A stretch of 56,808 nt of DNA, counting the filler, from Catajapyx aquilonaris (taxonomy: Eukaryota), in NCBI GenBank assembly GCA_000934665.2. It is 3 parts of 3 records of this genome, joined end to end, with 100 filler letters (N's around TTAATTAATTAA, not from the genome) between each part and the next. Parts side by side here need not be neighbours in the genome. Positions count along the whole stretch, not along the records: positions 18,969 to 37,878 come from KZ539565.1; positions 37,979 to 56,808 come from JYFJ02006601.1; 1 more part is not named here. One strand, written 5' to 3'. This document shows positions 29,546-41,292 of the stretch, in pieces (positions within the stretch are counted from its first letter, which is position 1; every line of letters starts with the position of its first letter). The position numbers were made by a program, and so were the translations under genes. The notes beneath the pieces are model-generated. The model had not been told where the DNA came from. It made no database searches and saw only the letters and a list, made by a program, of their open reading frames with translations.

Positions 29546-29830
29546 TATTATTATTATTATTATTATTTGGATGTCTCACAAAGATTATGACAAAACTTAC
29601 GGGATTGCTTCCTCGACACGAGGTTGTCACCAGGCCTGCACCACCTCATTACTGACTTGAGAGTTCGTTGGCTCTTTATCATGTTCCCTAACATATCCTG
29701 GAATCCATAGGATGCATCTACAACAATATGTCCGTGGCACAGCTGCTGCGGGTGATTTATCTGCAGAGTAAATATGTAGTTCAGCACCTGCTGCTTCAGT
29801 GCATGCAGAAACCATCTACCTGTCACTCAC
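29546..29830 (-). mobile_element. Decayed non-LTR retrotransposon fragment (RNase H-like) with (TAA)n tail
   Basis: Minus-strand peptides DG/SACTEAAGAELHIY and ILWIPGYVREHDKEPTNSQ resemble the RNase H motifs DGS..GAG and WIPxHxGxxGNExAD. A (TAA)n tract lies at the 3' end. Confidence 0.5.
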
Positions 29831-31224
29831 TGAAACACCCCAATTTATGGTAATGTCTATAGGTATGCTCCACCTGTGACTTGCTTCAAACCTTCTAGGA
29901 TGTACTGTGCAACATGATAAAGAACCAATTAACTAATTAACGAGACTCCAGAAACCAAATGACACCCTACGTAAGTGACGCCCTTGTGCCTGACCTTACA
30001 GGTTTGTCAGAAGCATAATGAACACCCAGTATCTTTTTTCAATATACTTTTCATTCCAGTTGCGTAAGTCCTGTGTTTCAGAAACCTCATTGACCCTTTA
30101 GTGTAGAGCATCACTCCCGTTTTCATTTTCACATAGCCCAACAAGTACTCGCATTCTCACCAAAAACCTAATGGCACAGCCACAAGCTTGTTGGAATGAT
30201 TGTTTCTGGAGCACACCCTGTATCCTTTTTGCATATTAAATTAGTAATTGATCAGCTTACTGCTCTTCCATGAACTGGTACCTTGCATTTTTCTCATCTT
30301 GTTAATCAACTAACAAATTGATAGGCTGCCAGCAGGAATTATTATTGGGCATATTATTTTCTGCTAGATGTTGACCTCTCTGTGATGCAAAAACCTGTAG
30401 CCTACTGTGAATTCACATGCATTGCAGCTGTGGGCACTGGCATGTTATGTTGTCCAATGATCCTAATTAGGATGTGTGCCAAAGGATATCATTTCTGTGG
30501 GCCTACGAAGTGACCACAATAAATTCCTCTTGAGAGCATGGAATGGGACATTTCAGTTCATACTTTTGGGTTAAAGGAGTGACTGTAAAAATTACTTCTG
30601 TTTGGCAGTTATTTACTAGTGACAGTTCAGTTTCATTGGGATACTTGAAGCAAGCCAATCTTTGTTTACTGATGCTGAGTGGAGAAAATCCAACATTCCA
30701 AGTCTGTTGAGCGATGACTCTTGAGCTGCTTTTGAGTTCCTTCAAGGAGGCTACTTATGTATGTGGGGTGTCCCAGTGTATTTTTTTTAAAGGGATTCAG
30801 TTGAGAGTGCCATATGCTGTTCGATATAAATGTACATTTTATAGTGTGATATTGCCATTGTTCACTTCGTGATCTTTTTTCTGTATGTTTTTATAGTACG
30901 GACATTTGGCTGAGTTTGTCATGTCATTTTTTAATACTGGTAAATAAACAAGTATGTCACACTACTGTTCCTCTCTGTTGAATTTTTAAAGCTCTTCACA
31001 GATTTTGCTAGTTTGCAGGCAACTTAAAACAGTCACACCCAAAATTTTCAGCTGTGATCCTCATGTAGTCTCCATTAAAGTCGACAATCCATCTGGAAAA
31101 GGGATTTCCTAGTTGTATAAATGGGTAAATGGGTAGAATATTCACGGGTTTGTGAGGAATGGCGGTGTCCATTGAACTTTTCCGAATGGCTAGACTCTGT
31201 GCAGGTTGGGGNNNNNNNNNNNNN

Positions 31225-31259
<35 letters not shown>

Positions 31260-31262
<3 letters not shown>

Positions 31263-31773
31263 TTCGGTGTCTGGAAGTTCATACTCGGGCTCTGGGTGCT
31301 GTGCATAACTACACGTTTGGCAAATATTTCTTGCACAGTAATGCATAGGTTGACACCGGCAGCCATGCTTATAAGGGTGTCTGCCTCTCTCTCTCTGTCC
31401 TGCATAGCACTTGGAGTTCGGGTGTGCATTTCCGTATGATGGTTCTTCTCGCTTGCCTGTGGGTGTTCTGGGCGTTTGGAGGAGAATATTCTAGTAACTT
31501 GGAGGAATTTAACAGTTGCTGATTCCTCTTCCGGTGGGGGGGGGATATTTCTCAAGTATCGCGTTGCATAGTGGTGTAATATTTAAATTTTAAATTTAAT
31601 ATTGATAGTTTGTCGTCTGAGATGGGCTGGGGTGGGGGGGCCAGATGGCTGGTTTATAGGTTGATTATTACCAGTTTTAATTTGGTTCCTATTTTGGGTT
31701 AGCTTGTGGCTCACATCATCGCTGACTCCCCCTTATAGGGAAGTGTCGCGATGGTGTTGTTGCTGCTGTTGTT
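31260..31773 (+). mobile_element. 3' end of a LINE-like element (copy 1)
   Basis: About 31545-31773 matches 55420-55463 + 56332-56515. It has an ORF end KYR(V/I)A*, a 3' UTR, a terminal hairpin CATCGC...GCGATG and a (GTT)n tail. The 5' boundary is uncertain and lies next to an N/G-run gap. Confidence 0.65.
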
Positions 31774-33868
31774 TATAAATGGGTTTTGGTTTGAACACAA
31801 TTAAAAACTATTCAGAAGTGCTCATTTGCTATGCTTTTTTTATATCTGCCAGTGCTTTACCCGTCCTGCTTAGGTAAGCTGTCCATACTGACTGAGAAGT
31901 CATAACTTTTGACATTGTAGCGCTCTCCTGAAACAGTTTGCATTTTGGTGAATAACTTGCCTGCCCTTGTGCCAACTTTCATTCAGCAGCTCCATCTACA
32001 ATGCGTGACCTGTCCTTGTCAGATCCAAACAGCTCAGTACTGTCAAGAGCTATTAGCTAATAACTGGTACCGTAGAAGGGGCGACTTCGGACGGTTTTTG
32101 CAGCTTTGGCATATCCCAATTAATTTGGGACTTCAGCACATGAAAAGTAGATGGCAGGAGAGTACAAAAGCACTACAATCTCAAAATCGGAGGTCGGTTG
32201 GGATATGCTGTTTTTCCTCAGAGCACCTCAATTGTCTTTAATATAAGTGAACACTACAAAAATTTGACTGGAAAATAAACAACTTGTGTTACTTTAACCT
32301 CCTTTTCTGTCTAAACAATACTTCCACATGTCAGACAACTTAGGAACACGAGACTATGGAGTTGTGATCTCACCCTTTTCTCTTGTCATGCATTCTCGAG
32401 AGAACAGCACGTGCAACCCAAATGCTACAGCAGTAGCTGGTGCCTAAGAATTTATTGATGATCTTTTTTTCTAGTTTTTGAAGCCCAACTTGCCAAACGA
32501 CCAAACAATTCTTTAACCAAAGTAATGTGTTGAGGTGTGGGAACTGGTGGTGTAAGCTGAAAAAATACTCATGTTATCCAGTCTCTCCATATATATTTCA
32601 AGAAAAGTTTCAGTACAATGCATTTCCATTTTTACTTGGGAATGCACAAAGGTGTAGTTGGCACCTTCAGTTGAGAAGGTATATAATCTTGCCATTTTAC
32701 ATAGTGACACTAGCATTACACCTGAAATGTCCAGTCCAATCTGTCCCTCTCTTCCATGTTCTGTATACCACGATTATCAAATACAATGGAAAAATCACAA
32801 CTTATTTTGTAAAACTAATACGAAATACAGTGGCCTCCAAATACATTACATATCTGCAAAACATTTTGACCTATGGAATACTTTTTTGGTCCGAACTCCA
32901 GGGGAGGAGAGGTGGAAAAGCACAGGGTTTATTAAATCCTCCCCTCTCCACTCTGCATTGCTAAAATAGGCTGGAGTTGATTCTTAGAAAGGGTTTTACG
33001 AGAGCATGAGCTAGGCCACTTCACTCCCAATTCCCCTCCTTCAGATTGCTCTCCAGAATTGGGGACCATAAACATGCCCTGCTAGGAGGAGGGTTAAGGG
33101 AAAAAATTAAATTCAATGTGAGAGGCAAAAACAAGTTAAACTATAAAAAAGCTTCCAAATAATGAACAAGTAATGGACTTTGGCACATACTAACTTGACT
33201 TGATGAAGGTGACTCAGATGTTTCTAGAGAAGTCAGAAATGAGCACTTAACAGTACCACATCAGACAATACCTTCTTGACCCACTTTCAATTTCTCTGCA
33301 TTTCAAAATCACCTCAGTCTCCTTGTTGGACACAGATGTCAAAACTAGTTGTGGAATACACACGTGACATCTCTCAAACCCTAGATCATAAGTGTCCATT
33401 CGCCCAATTAAAATCTGCATAACTTGCAAAGGTTAACTTCCAACATTTAAAATCCTCACAACAATGTTTTGTTTTTTACATCACACCTGGTCCTAATCAC
33501 AGGGGCAGCCAGAGATAACAAAAGAACACAAGAATTACCTGCTGCATTCCTCATGGCACAAGTCCATACACAATACAATCATGAACATACTGTGAAAATT
33601 TCATTGTACCACAGCACATATGGAAAACTTAACGGCATTCTTTCTCCAGCCCAAATGTACTCACGTCAGTACAAAGTTACAAACGAGGGGCAGTCATAAA
33701 GTTCATACCTTCGGGATGAAGGAAAAGAAAGAAACTATCCAAATTGCACAAGTGTATTAGTCCTTCTCTCTATGTGAAGCCTGCAGAACCACACATTTTT
33801 ACCAACGATGCATGACCTATTGGACACTATCATTGTCGAAGTCGACACTATGGCTTTAAAAAGTTTTG

Positions 33869-34388
33869 CTGGTGGGGGCTTGTGTTTTCTCCCATGACCC
33901 CAAAGACCTGTCCAGCTTGGGAGTCCCTGCTAGTAGACCAGGGGTGGGCAAACTTTTTTTCTCCGTGGGCCTCACAAATTTTTAAAAAATTGACAGGCCG
34001 CATCTAACAAAAGCAATTTCAGCTTATTAAAAAGTTTACAATTATATATCTGTCGTTTTAAATGAACTTCCATTAATTTCATACATTACCATTACATTCT
34101 CTGCAAATCGATAAAATTAGCTTATAATATTTCAATGAAAATGGGCTGTATAAATAAAAAACACAATTTTTGTGCATTTAAAATAATTAAAAAGAACGTC
34201 TCAGGCATAAAATTTTGAAATTTTAATTTTTCAACATTTTCAGGAATAACAAAATTTTTGCGCGGGCCACACAAATTGTCTTCGCAGGCCGTAGTTTGCC
34301 CACCCCTGCAGTAGACGAAGCTACCACTGGCAGAGCTCGAGGGGTTATGGGAGAAAACACGAGGCCTCCAAACAGACAACAGAGGTTG
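33869..34388 (-). mobile_element. Short RTE-5'UTR-like element with inverted ends (middle layer)
   Basis: GGGGGCTTGTGTTTTCTCCCATGACCCC and GGGGTTATGGGAGAAAACACGAGGCCTCC form an inverted pair. With the hAT insert removed, the minus strand reads GAGCTCTGCCAGTGGTAGC..CTACTAGCAGGGACTCCCAAGCTGGACAGGTC, resembling RTE-clade 5' ends as I recall them. Confidence 0.55.
33939..34308. mobile_element. hAT (Charlie-like) MITE, 370 bp (inner layer)
   Basis: Perfect 16-bp TIRs CAGGGGTGGGCAAACT / AGTTTGCCCACCCCTG. The 8-bp TSD is TAGTAGAC / CAGTAGAC. Confidence 0.93.
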
Positions 34389-34800
34389 AAAACTTTTTTT
34401 CAAACACAAGTGTCAACTTCTACGATGACTGTGTCCGACAGGTCATACATCATTTGGGAAAATGTGTGGCTCAGCAGGGTTCATACAGATAGAAGAATTA
34501 ACATGTGTGCAAATTGAACTGTTTCTGTCTTTTCCTTCAACCCAAAGGTATGAACTTTATGAATGCCCCTTGTAATGTAAATCATCGTCCAAGAGAAAAA
34601 TATCATTAATAATGAAGAAAAAAAATTACATGGCTTTGGTCCATCCATGAGGGTTTGGGGATCTAACAGAGACCACCACTAAATGTAGCTGGACAGATAG
34701 TCTGCAACAGTAATCCGCAAATCCTGAACATTCACAAATGAATCTCGAGCTACATTTGTTTCTCTCCAATAGAGCATTTGATTCCAACTTCTAGTACCCA

Positions 34801-36681
34801 TTAATGGAAATTCTTCATGTGCCTATTGAGACTTGACTTGTGCACGACTTTGGTCTTACAGATGGCACACTCAAATAACTTTCCATTAACATCATGGGCA
34901 ATCAAGCGTTTCTTTAATGTAAACTTCTGACCAAAACACTTGTCATCCACACAGCAAGTGAATGAACATTTTTTGACACGGTTCCTAAGGCGCAGCTTTA
35001 CACCTGCTTTGCCCCTGTATGTCATCACACTCTGTGGAAATTGGTTCTTAAAAGGTGACTCTTGACCAGCAGATGCTTTGGGCCCATGGATACTTTTCAC
35101 ATGCCTGTGCATATTCCTCAAGGAATGATACGTTTTCTCACAATAATCACATGAAAATGTTTCCCTTTGATTCAACTTGCTTTCATTAGCATGATTGGAT
35201 TTTTCATGTCGCCTCAGTGAGCTCCCATGCACAAATGATTTTGTGCACTGATCACATGAAAACAATGCGCATTTATCACCTAACTGTGTGGAGCGTTCAT
35301 GGGTAGGTTTTGGTGTGGAGTGTTCATGGTTAGGTTTTGGTGTGGAGTGTTCATTGTTAGGTTTTGGTGTGGAGTGTTCATGGTTAGGTTTTGGTGTGGA
35401 GTGTTCATTGTTAGGTTTTGGTGTGGAGTGTTTATGGTTAGGTTTTGGTGTGGAGTGTTCATGGTTAAGATTAGGCTGGAAGTGTTCATGGTTGGACTTT
35501 TCATGCCGCCTCAATGAACTCTCATGCACATATGATCTTGTGCACTCATCAGATGAAAACAATGCATGGTTAGATTTTGCATGTCGCCTCAGTGAACTCT
35601 CATATACATATGATTTTGTGCACTTATCACATGAAAACAACACACATTTACCATCAAACTGTGTCAAGTGTTCATTGTGAGGATTTGGCTTGGGATGTTC
35701 ATGGTCTGGAGTTGGCTTGGAGTCTTCATGGATTGGATGGGGTTTGGGGTCTTCATGGTTTCGATTGGGTTTGGTGTCTTCATGGTTTAGATTGGGTTTG
35801 GTGTCTTCATGGTTTAGATTGGGTTTGGAGTCTTTGTGGTTGGTTTGGTGCAGCTTCAGTTGCCATGGATAATGAAATGATAATTTGCACTGGTTGCAAT
35901 TAAACACATCAATGTCATAAGTAAAACCCCCCTGTTTGTAAAAAGCATCATAGTGGACTATTCGTTTATGTAGAATCAGTTCCTTTATGTGTTGATACTT
36001 TTTAATGCACAGATCACATGAAAACAACTCTCCATTTGTGTCCTTACCAAATGCAAATTTGTCATGTGAAAGTATAGAGGCATGAACCTTTTCATGCATG
36101 ATCAGATTCCTCTCAGAAATATAAGTCTTTGTGCATAGGCTACATGTAAACAGCTTCTGAACATCACACTTACGCTCCCTAAAAGTATCCTGATCACTAA
36201 CAGAGCCTGAGCTCTTAAGGCCATGGCTTGACTTCACATGTCTGCTAAGATTTCCTGCATACATGTATGTCTTATTGCACATGTCGCATGGAAATGATTT
36301 CTTAGTAACATGAGCCCTCACTTTGCTTTTCTTACAAGACATATCATTACACATTGTGCAGTTATGGCAATCTGGTGCTGCTCTACATCTTTCCTCATGG
36401 CAAACCAAACTAGCTTTCCTCTTAAACACCTTCAAACAACCTCGGCAATGATATGCATTCTGAATCACCCCATCATTCCTCCCAAGAAGTGTGTTGTCAG
36501 GGTTGTCACCATGATCACTTGGCTGTGTATGGTCATGCTCCTTTTCATGAAAGTCCTTTTCTTGCTCATCAGAAGTGAGGCAATGACGCTGAGACTCTTT
36601 CAAAATAGACCCAAGTACTTCAGGGCTGTCAGAACTTGAAGTGGGTACCAATACTCCTCCAGTGCACTCATTTTCCAGTAC
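34801..36681 (-). CDS. Multi-C2H2 zinc-finger protein, terminal coding exon (start codon not identified)
   Basis: 1.9-kb ORF with about 9-12 C2H2-type fingers, some degenerate. An in-frame acceptor (ctaat...ttttcttacaactag|GTA CTG GAA) lies at 36681. The ORF-track start at 36651 is a TTG. Confidence 0.9.
   Translation of the reverse strand, partial: VLENECTGGVLVPTSSSDSPEVLGSILKESQRHCLTSDEQEKDFHEKEHDHTQPSDHGDNPDNTLLGRNDGVIQNAYHCRGCLKVFKRKASLVCHEERCRAAPDCHNCTMCNDMSCKKSKVRAHVTKKSFPCDMCNKTYMYAGNLSRHVKSSHGLKSSGSVSDQDTFRERKCDVQKLFTCSLCTKTYISERNLIMHEKVHASILSHDKFAFGKDTNGELFSCDLCIKKYQHIKELILHKRIVHYDAFYKQGGFTYDIDVFNCNQCKLSFHYPWQLKLHQTNHKDSKPNLNHEDTKPNLNHEDTKPNRNHEDPKPHPIHEDSKPTPDHEHPKPNPHNEHLTQFDGKCVLFSCDKCTKSYVYESSLRRHAKSNHALFSSDECTRSYVHESSLRRHEKSNHEHFQPNLNHEHSTPKPNHKHSTPKPNNEHSTPKPNHEHSTPKPNNEHSTPKPNHEHSTPKPTHERSTQLGDKCALFSCDQCTKSFVHGSSLRRHEKSNHANESKLNQRETFSCDYCEKTYHSLRNMHRHVKSIHGPKASAGQESPFKNQFPQSVMTYRGKAGVKLRLRNRVKKCSFTCCVDDKCFGQKFTLKKRLIAHDVNGKLFECAICKTKVVHKSSLNRHMKNFH
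35286..35850 (-). repeat. Two blocks of 27-bp (9-aa) coding repeats: NHEHSTPKP (about 35286-35495) and NHEDTKPNL (about 35667-35850)
   Basis: Directly visible period-27 repeats. Each block is followed by a similar KCxLFSCDxCTKS finger. Confidence 0.95.
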
Positions 36682-37182
36682 CTAGTTGTAAGAAAAGTTA
36701 CGCATTAGTGCAAAGTGAAAGAAAGCACACTATTCACACCCTAGGAGCCATGGGCATTAGGTGCGTTTACATCACCCCAGTGCAACTCCATTTTTTTCAC
36801 TTAGGTTTCCCCCTCCGACCCCTGTGACTTTCGAGAGGTAAGGAGAGGATAATCAGTAGTTAGGTAGCATGCCACATCGCTTGAGTTTGTGGCGCTTTTG
36901 TCCCGTTTTTTTAGTGTTCTACACCGGCCCACATACAGCAAACCTGGTGGGGGAACGCGACGAACCAAGACTCCCAAACCGCCAATTCAAATCTAGTAGG
37001 CATGGTCCGTTCATTCCAGTTCGTTCCCCCCTCCATTCTCAATTAATAGTAATCATTCTCGACACAGTGAGGGGTGTCACTCCATGTACTGCGGCGCAGA
37101 AGCTGGCGAGTGGGACTCTGGAGATTCATGCGATAAGGGGGCTACTTTCCAGACCTGTACAATATATGCAACACTACTCGGC

Positions 37183-37341
37183 CGTGGTTTACATGTAAAC
37201 GATTTCATGAGCGAAGCAGAGTGAAATCCTCGCCGAGGATGAAATTAACAATCGATTTTCGCTTCAAACAATATTGGTTACTTAGGTTACTCAGCCTCGG
37301 CAAAGATTTCGCTTGTCAAATAGCTCACATGTAAATGCACC
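37183..37341. mobile_element. Degenerate PIF/Harbinger-like MITE
   Basis: GTGGTTTACATGT...ATCCTCGCCGAGG versus CCTCGGCAAAGATTTC...ACATGTAAATGCACC. A related end, GGTGCGTTTACAT, is at 36760. Confidence 0.5.
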
Positions 37342-37688
37342 TTTACACAATCAGAAAAGGGGCTTGCTGCATCAGCTTATGCTTACTTCAGAATTTCAAG
37401 GCTAAAGGGTCCATGCAGTTTCCATGCTAGGTCTTCATGGAGATCAGATTGGATGGGGACAGCGTAAACTATACTGAATATTTTAAGGGCGATAGCCCTT
37501 AAGGTGGAAATGAAGCGACTTGCTAATCAAATGAGAGTCTAGAATTGGAATGTTAATAAGAAGGGCTAAAATCAGGGAAACATACGCAACCGATGCAGCA
37601 GTAAATGCTGTTCAATCCTATGCATTCCATTCGAATCTGCGTTTTAAACTCGATTTAATATGGGCCCATTACCGACGGCAAGTTTTTG

Positions 37689-37700
37689 TGCGCAGGCGCA
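37689..37700. promoter_or_regulatory. NRF1/Ewg-type motif, candidate promoter for the minus-strand zinc-finger gene
   Basis: TGCGCAGGCGCA in a CpG-richer patch about 1 kb upstream of the terminal exon. Confidence 0.35.
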
Positions 37701-37878
37701 ATTGTCACGGCTGCCAACTTAAACATGGTATTTGGAAATGTGCTTAATATTTGTTATTTTTGATGGGAATCGATTTTATTTGGTCGTCAGTACGAGGTCC
37801 CAATTTGTCGAGGCATTTTTAAAAGTTTAGTTCCGAAAGGGGAGCCTGTAGCTCTTCATTTGTGTCGGATTTGGAACA

Positions 37879-37978
37879 NNNNNNNNNNNNNNNNNNNNNN
37901 NNNNNNNNNNNNNNNNNNNNNNTTAATTAATTAANNNNNNNNNNNNNNNNNNNNNNNNNNNNNNNNNNNNNNNNNNNN
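37879..37978. other. Artificial contig-joining spacer
   Basis: 44N + TTAATTAATTAA + 44N, identical to the spacer at 18869. Confidence 0.97.
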
Positions 37979-38199
37979 CAGGTTTTGCAGATCGATCGAC
38001 CGCTGCGCCGCCAACGGTTTGCTCCCGAACTATAATCTAGGGACCAATTCCGCCTATCAAGTTTCACCCCCCTGGTAGGACCTACGCAGTTTCATTATGC
38101 CACATGCACTATAGGCTATTTAAAACTCAAGATCAACAATCGTGACGCTTAGTAAACACCACAGCCGCTCTAAGTACAGGATTTGTAACTTCAATGTTC

Positions 38200-38430
38200 A
38201 GTGCATATAAAATATGTCAATTTCAAAGTGGTTGCCTGTCTACAGCTTTAAAATTATTCCGATTTTAGTAAGGCACAAGTGACAAAATAGTTCTTATACT
38301 ATTATTGTAATTGTATTAGAACTATTTTGTCACTTGTGCCTTACTAAAATCGGAATAATTTTAAAGCTGTAGACAGGCAACCACTTTGAAATTGACATAT
38401 TTTATATGCACTTATACTATTATTGTAATT
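38200..38430. repeat. Perfect 95-bp inverted repeat with a duplicated spacer
   Basis: 38200-38294 is the exact reverse complement of 38318-38412. CTTATACTATTATTGTAATT occurs at both 38293-38312 and 38411-38430. Confidence 0.95.
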
Positions 38431-38685
38431 TGTAACTTGCTTGGTAACTCTAAAATCTGCGAAGTCATTTTTGACATCACAAAAATCAATATATATTTTG
38501 ATGTGCTACGAGTAGCCTAGATTTAATGCAACTGATGAGAAACTGTTGCGAATAAATTGGGGAAGATGCCCATAAGTATCATTGCACATTATTTTCAACT
38601 CAAATTCTAGAGCAAACTAATCATATAGCAAACATTGTAAAAATGGGAAATATTAAAAAGCAAAATTCAAAGTGCTTCAAAGTAA

Positions 38686-41225
38686 TTAATAGTGTCTCTT
38701 TTCCAATTTTAGCCACACTCCATTTTTAGCTTGGCTGAAAAATGAAGCATGCGTATATAACATGGGAATCTCTGTCCTTTCCGAGGGCTGGAACCGGAAG
38801 TTGAGTATTGTCGACGCCAGTGCCGCTTTGGTCTCCATCAGTGCAAATCGCATGCCTGAAATTAAGGATGAAAAGTGGTCATTCGTGCTGTAGGTATTTC
38901 GACACATCAGATGGCCAAAGAACAATACTTTGTGGGTTTTTCAACATCTTTCAATCATTCCAAAGTTTTCTAACATGCCTGAAGCATTATGGACAGTTGG
39001 TGATGTAAAAGGATTTTTTGAGCCGCTCATAGCATTTCGTCATTGTAAAGTCTGAACATAGATCAAATATATTGTACGTGAGCCTACTCGCATAGTACGA
39101 GCGAATAACTATGAAGAACTCCCACGTGAAATTATACTTTTACTGTTGTATAACTACTTTATGGATTAATTTGGCATTATTCCATCAAAGAAGCTTACCA
39201 ACGCAACTTCGTGGTCCATGTCCGAATGCCTGGAAGACGTAAGGATTCCTCTTGGCCTTTTCTCCCTGAGTGAATCTCTCTGGGTCGAACTTGGTTGGGT
39301 TGGGATAGTAACGCTCGTCCCGTTGGATTGCAAACATTGGGAAGCAGACCAAGGATCCCTTCTGAATGACCTTGTTCGTTTCCGGAATCTGGTAGTCTTT
39401 GGTGCACAACCTTAGCATTCTGAATCCAGGGGAGTGCAGACGAAGCGACTCTGTAATGACAGTCACATAAATTTAAAAGAGATAAAACGCGATTATGATC
39501 GTTCTGAATATTAAATCTTAATTTGTTAAAACAGAAGATTGCATAACACAATAAAAGCGAAGTGTTTTTGAGCAGAGGAAATTTTTTACACTATGCGTTC
39601 AAGTTTGGTACCATGAATGACTCTGTCCAGCAGCTCCATTTCCATAATGGCATCATAGGTTACCTGTCCTTTGTGCTTGTCTACGACCTCTTTCACTTCC
39701 TCGTATAGTCTTTCCTGCAGCTCAGGATTTAAGGCTAACTCGTAGGCAGCGAATCCGAGGGTATTGGATGCAGTATCGTAGCCAGCGATGAAGAATATTA
39801 TGCACTGGGCGATTAAGAGGGGCTCGTTCAACACTGAAATGAAAATAAAAGAAATGTATCACCGCCAAGGAGCAATTCGGAGCAATTACTTCATAATACA
39901 TTGACTCAATAAGTAAAATTTAAACCAAAAAGGTTATCTATAAATACGAGGAAATATTGAGGACAACACACTTTATTTATCTTCCAGGATATGAATTTGG
40001 GAGAAACGAGGCACATCTAGGACAATGTGTCAGAACACAACACTGCGTATTAGTAATGGCGTTTCTTTTTCTCGTATGAGCATTGTGAGTAGAGGAATGA
40101 CACTGATGAGGCAAAACACGCAACATTTTACATAACCTTTTCTCCAGTGGCAATAAAACGCTGGAAAGTGAAGAATCACATTCCGCATTTTACAACACCT
40201 GACAGCAAAAAATGACAGTGACTGGCATTTCCCCCGAAGGCCACATCATTGCCATCTCACTTTGGTTGAAAATTTGTTGCATAATGGATAATGCGCTTAC
40301 CTGATTTGGAGGTGTCTTTGTGCCCCGTAGAGGTAGAGGCAGATTTGTCGTCATCATCTAGCTCTCCCTTCCTGGCGTCCAACAGCAACTGCAAGAAGTC
40401 ATTACCCTTGACTCCAGACTTTTCGCGCTCTGCAATAGTGTCTTTCGCCAAATTTGCAAAAAATGTCAAAGCCTCCTCGCTGCTGGGTAGCGGAACATTC
40501 ATCCGGGTCAAAAAGCGGATCAATTGAGGCCACATAATTGACAGCATCACGACGACAAAGACGCTCGCATTTGGAAATACCAATTTTGAAGCCATCTTGG
40601 TAATTGTTTCGCCTCTGCCAGTGAACGAATTGCACTTGACCCCAAAAGCAGTGCTTGTGATCACGTCCATGGTGAATCTCCCGTATGCATCCTTCATTTC
40701 CACTTCCTGTCCCTTATCGGCTATTCCGTCAAAGTATTCCTTCAGCTGATCAGTGACGTGACACACTGATGGGAATATGCGCTTCATTTTTCCGGATGTG
40801 AATGTGGGCGACACCACGCTTCTGACGTCCTTCCACAGCTTCCCAGAGAGATTGGTCATCATCAGGTTTAAGTACTCCATCTTCTCCCCCAGGTCGAAGT
40901 TGAACCTGTCCGAGAAGTGGTCAAAGTCTTTCACGAAAATGTTCTTCATAAGTTCAGGGTCCATAACCCATAGGTTTGGCCCCGCAACGTCGCAGATCCC
41001 CACGAATCGTTTTCCAGAGAATTGTTTGTACAGAGCAATGTCGGCATCCCCGTTGGACTTGGTCACAAAAATTGAGTGGATGTAGTATTTCCAAAACAAC
41101 AAGGCAGGCAGTGCTGGTAAGCCCCTCCTGTACCAGTAGATGTTGTACCACACCACATACAGAGCCAATAAGACGGGTATGGTCACAACCGGTATGGCCA
41201 CTAGGTACATCAAAAACAACCACAT
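38686..41225 (-). CDS. Cytochrome P450, clan 3 (CYP6/CYP9/CYP3-like), gene A1, 522 aa; exons 41225-40301, 39833-39612, 39450-39199, 38855-38686
   Basis: N-terminal membrane anchor, VKDFDHF, WKDVR, SPTFTSGKMK, AGYDT, ESLR, FDPERF and heme motif FGHGPRSCVG. GT-AG phase-1 introns keep the frame. Confidence 0.96.
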
Positions 41226-41292
41226 TGTCACTGCACCAAGGTCATGTCACTTGGAAAATACTCGTAGTTTGTTCGCTGGGAAGCACTGGGCT

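Larger units (their letters stand above)
33684..34572. mobile_element. Mariner-type palindromic MITE (outer layer of a three-level nest)
   Basis: CGAGGGGCAGTCATAAAGTTCATACCTT ... AAGGTATGAACTTTATGAATGCCCCTTG|TA. Arms 33684-33868 and 34389-34572 are inverted copies. Confidence 0.85.

Noticed and set aside
31008..31555. Poly-Pro and poly-Gly ORFs
   Set aside because: They arise from a G homopolymer beside an N gap, which is low-quality sequence.
31717..31753. Possible hammerhead ribozyme in CATCGCTGAC...GGGAAGTGTCGCGATG
   Set aside because: It lacks the CTGANGA and GAAA core and is better explained as a LINE 3' stem-loop.
32068..32095. TA|CCGTAGAAGGGGCGACTTCGGAC, a pogo/Tigger-like TIR
   Set aside because: No matching right TIR was found, so no element could be delimited.
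35286..35495. Regular 27-bp repeats as a CRISPR array or telomeric (TTAGG) array
   Set aside because: They are head-to-tail repeats without unique spacers, in frame inside a zinc-finger exon, and no cas genes are present.
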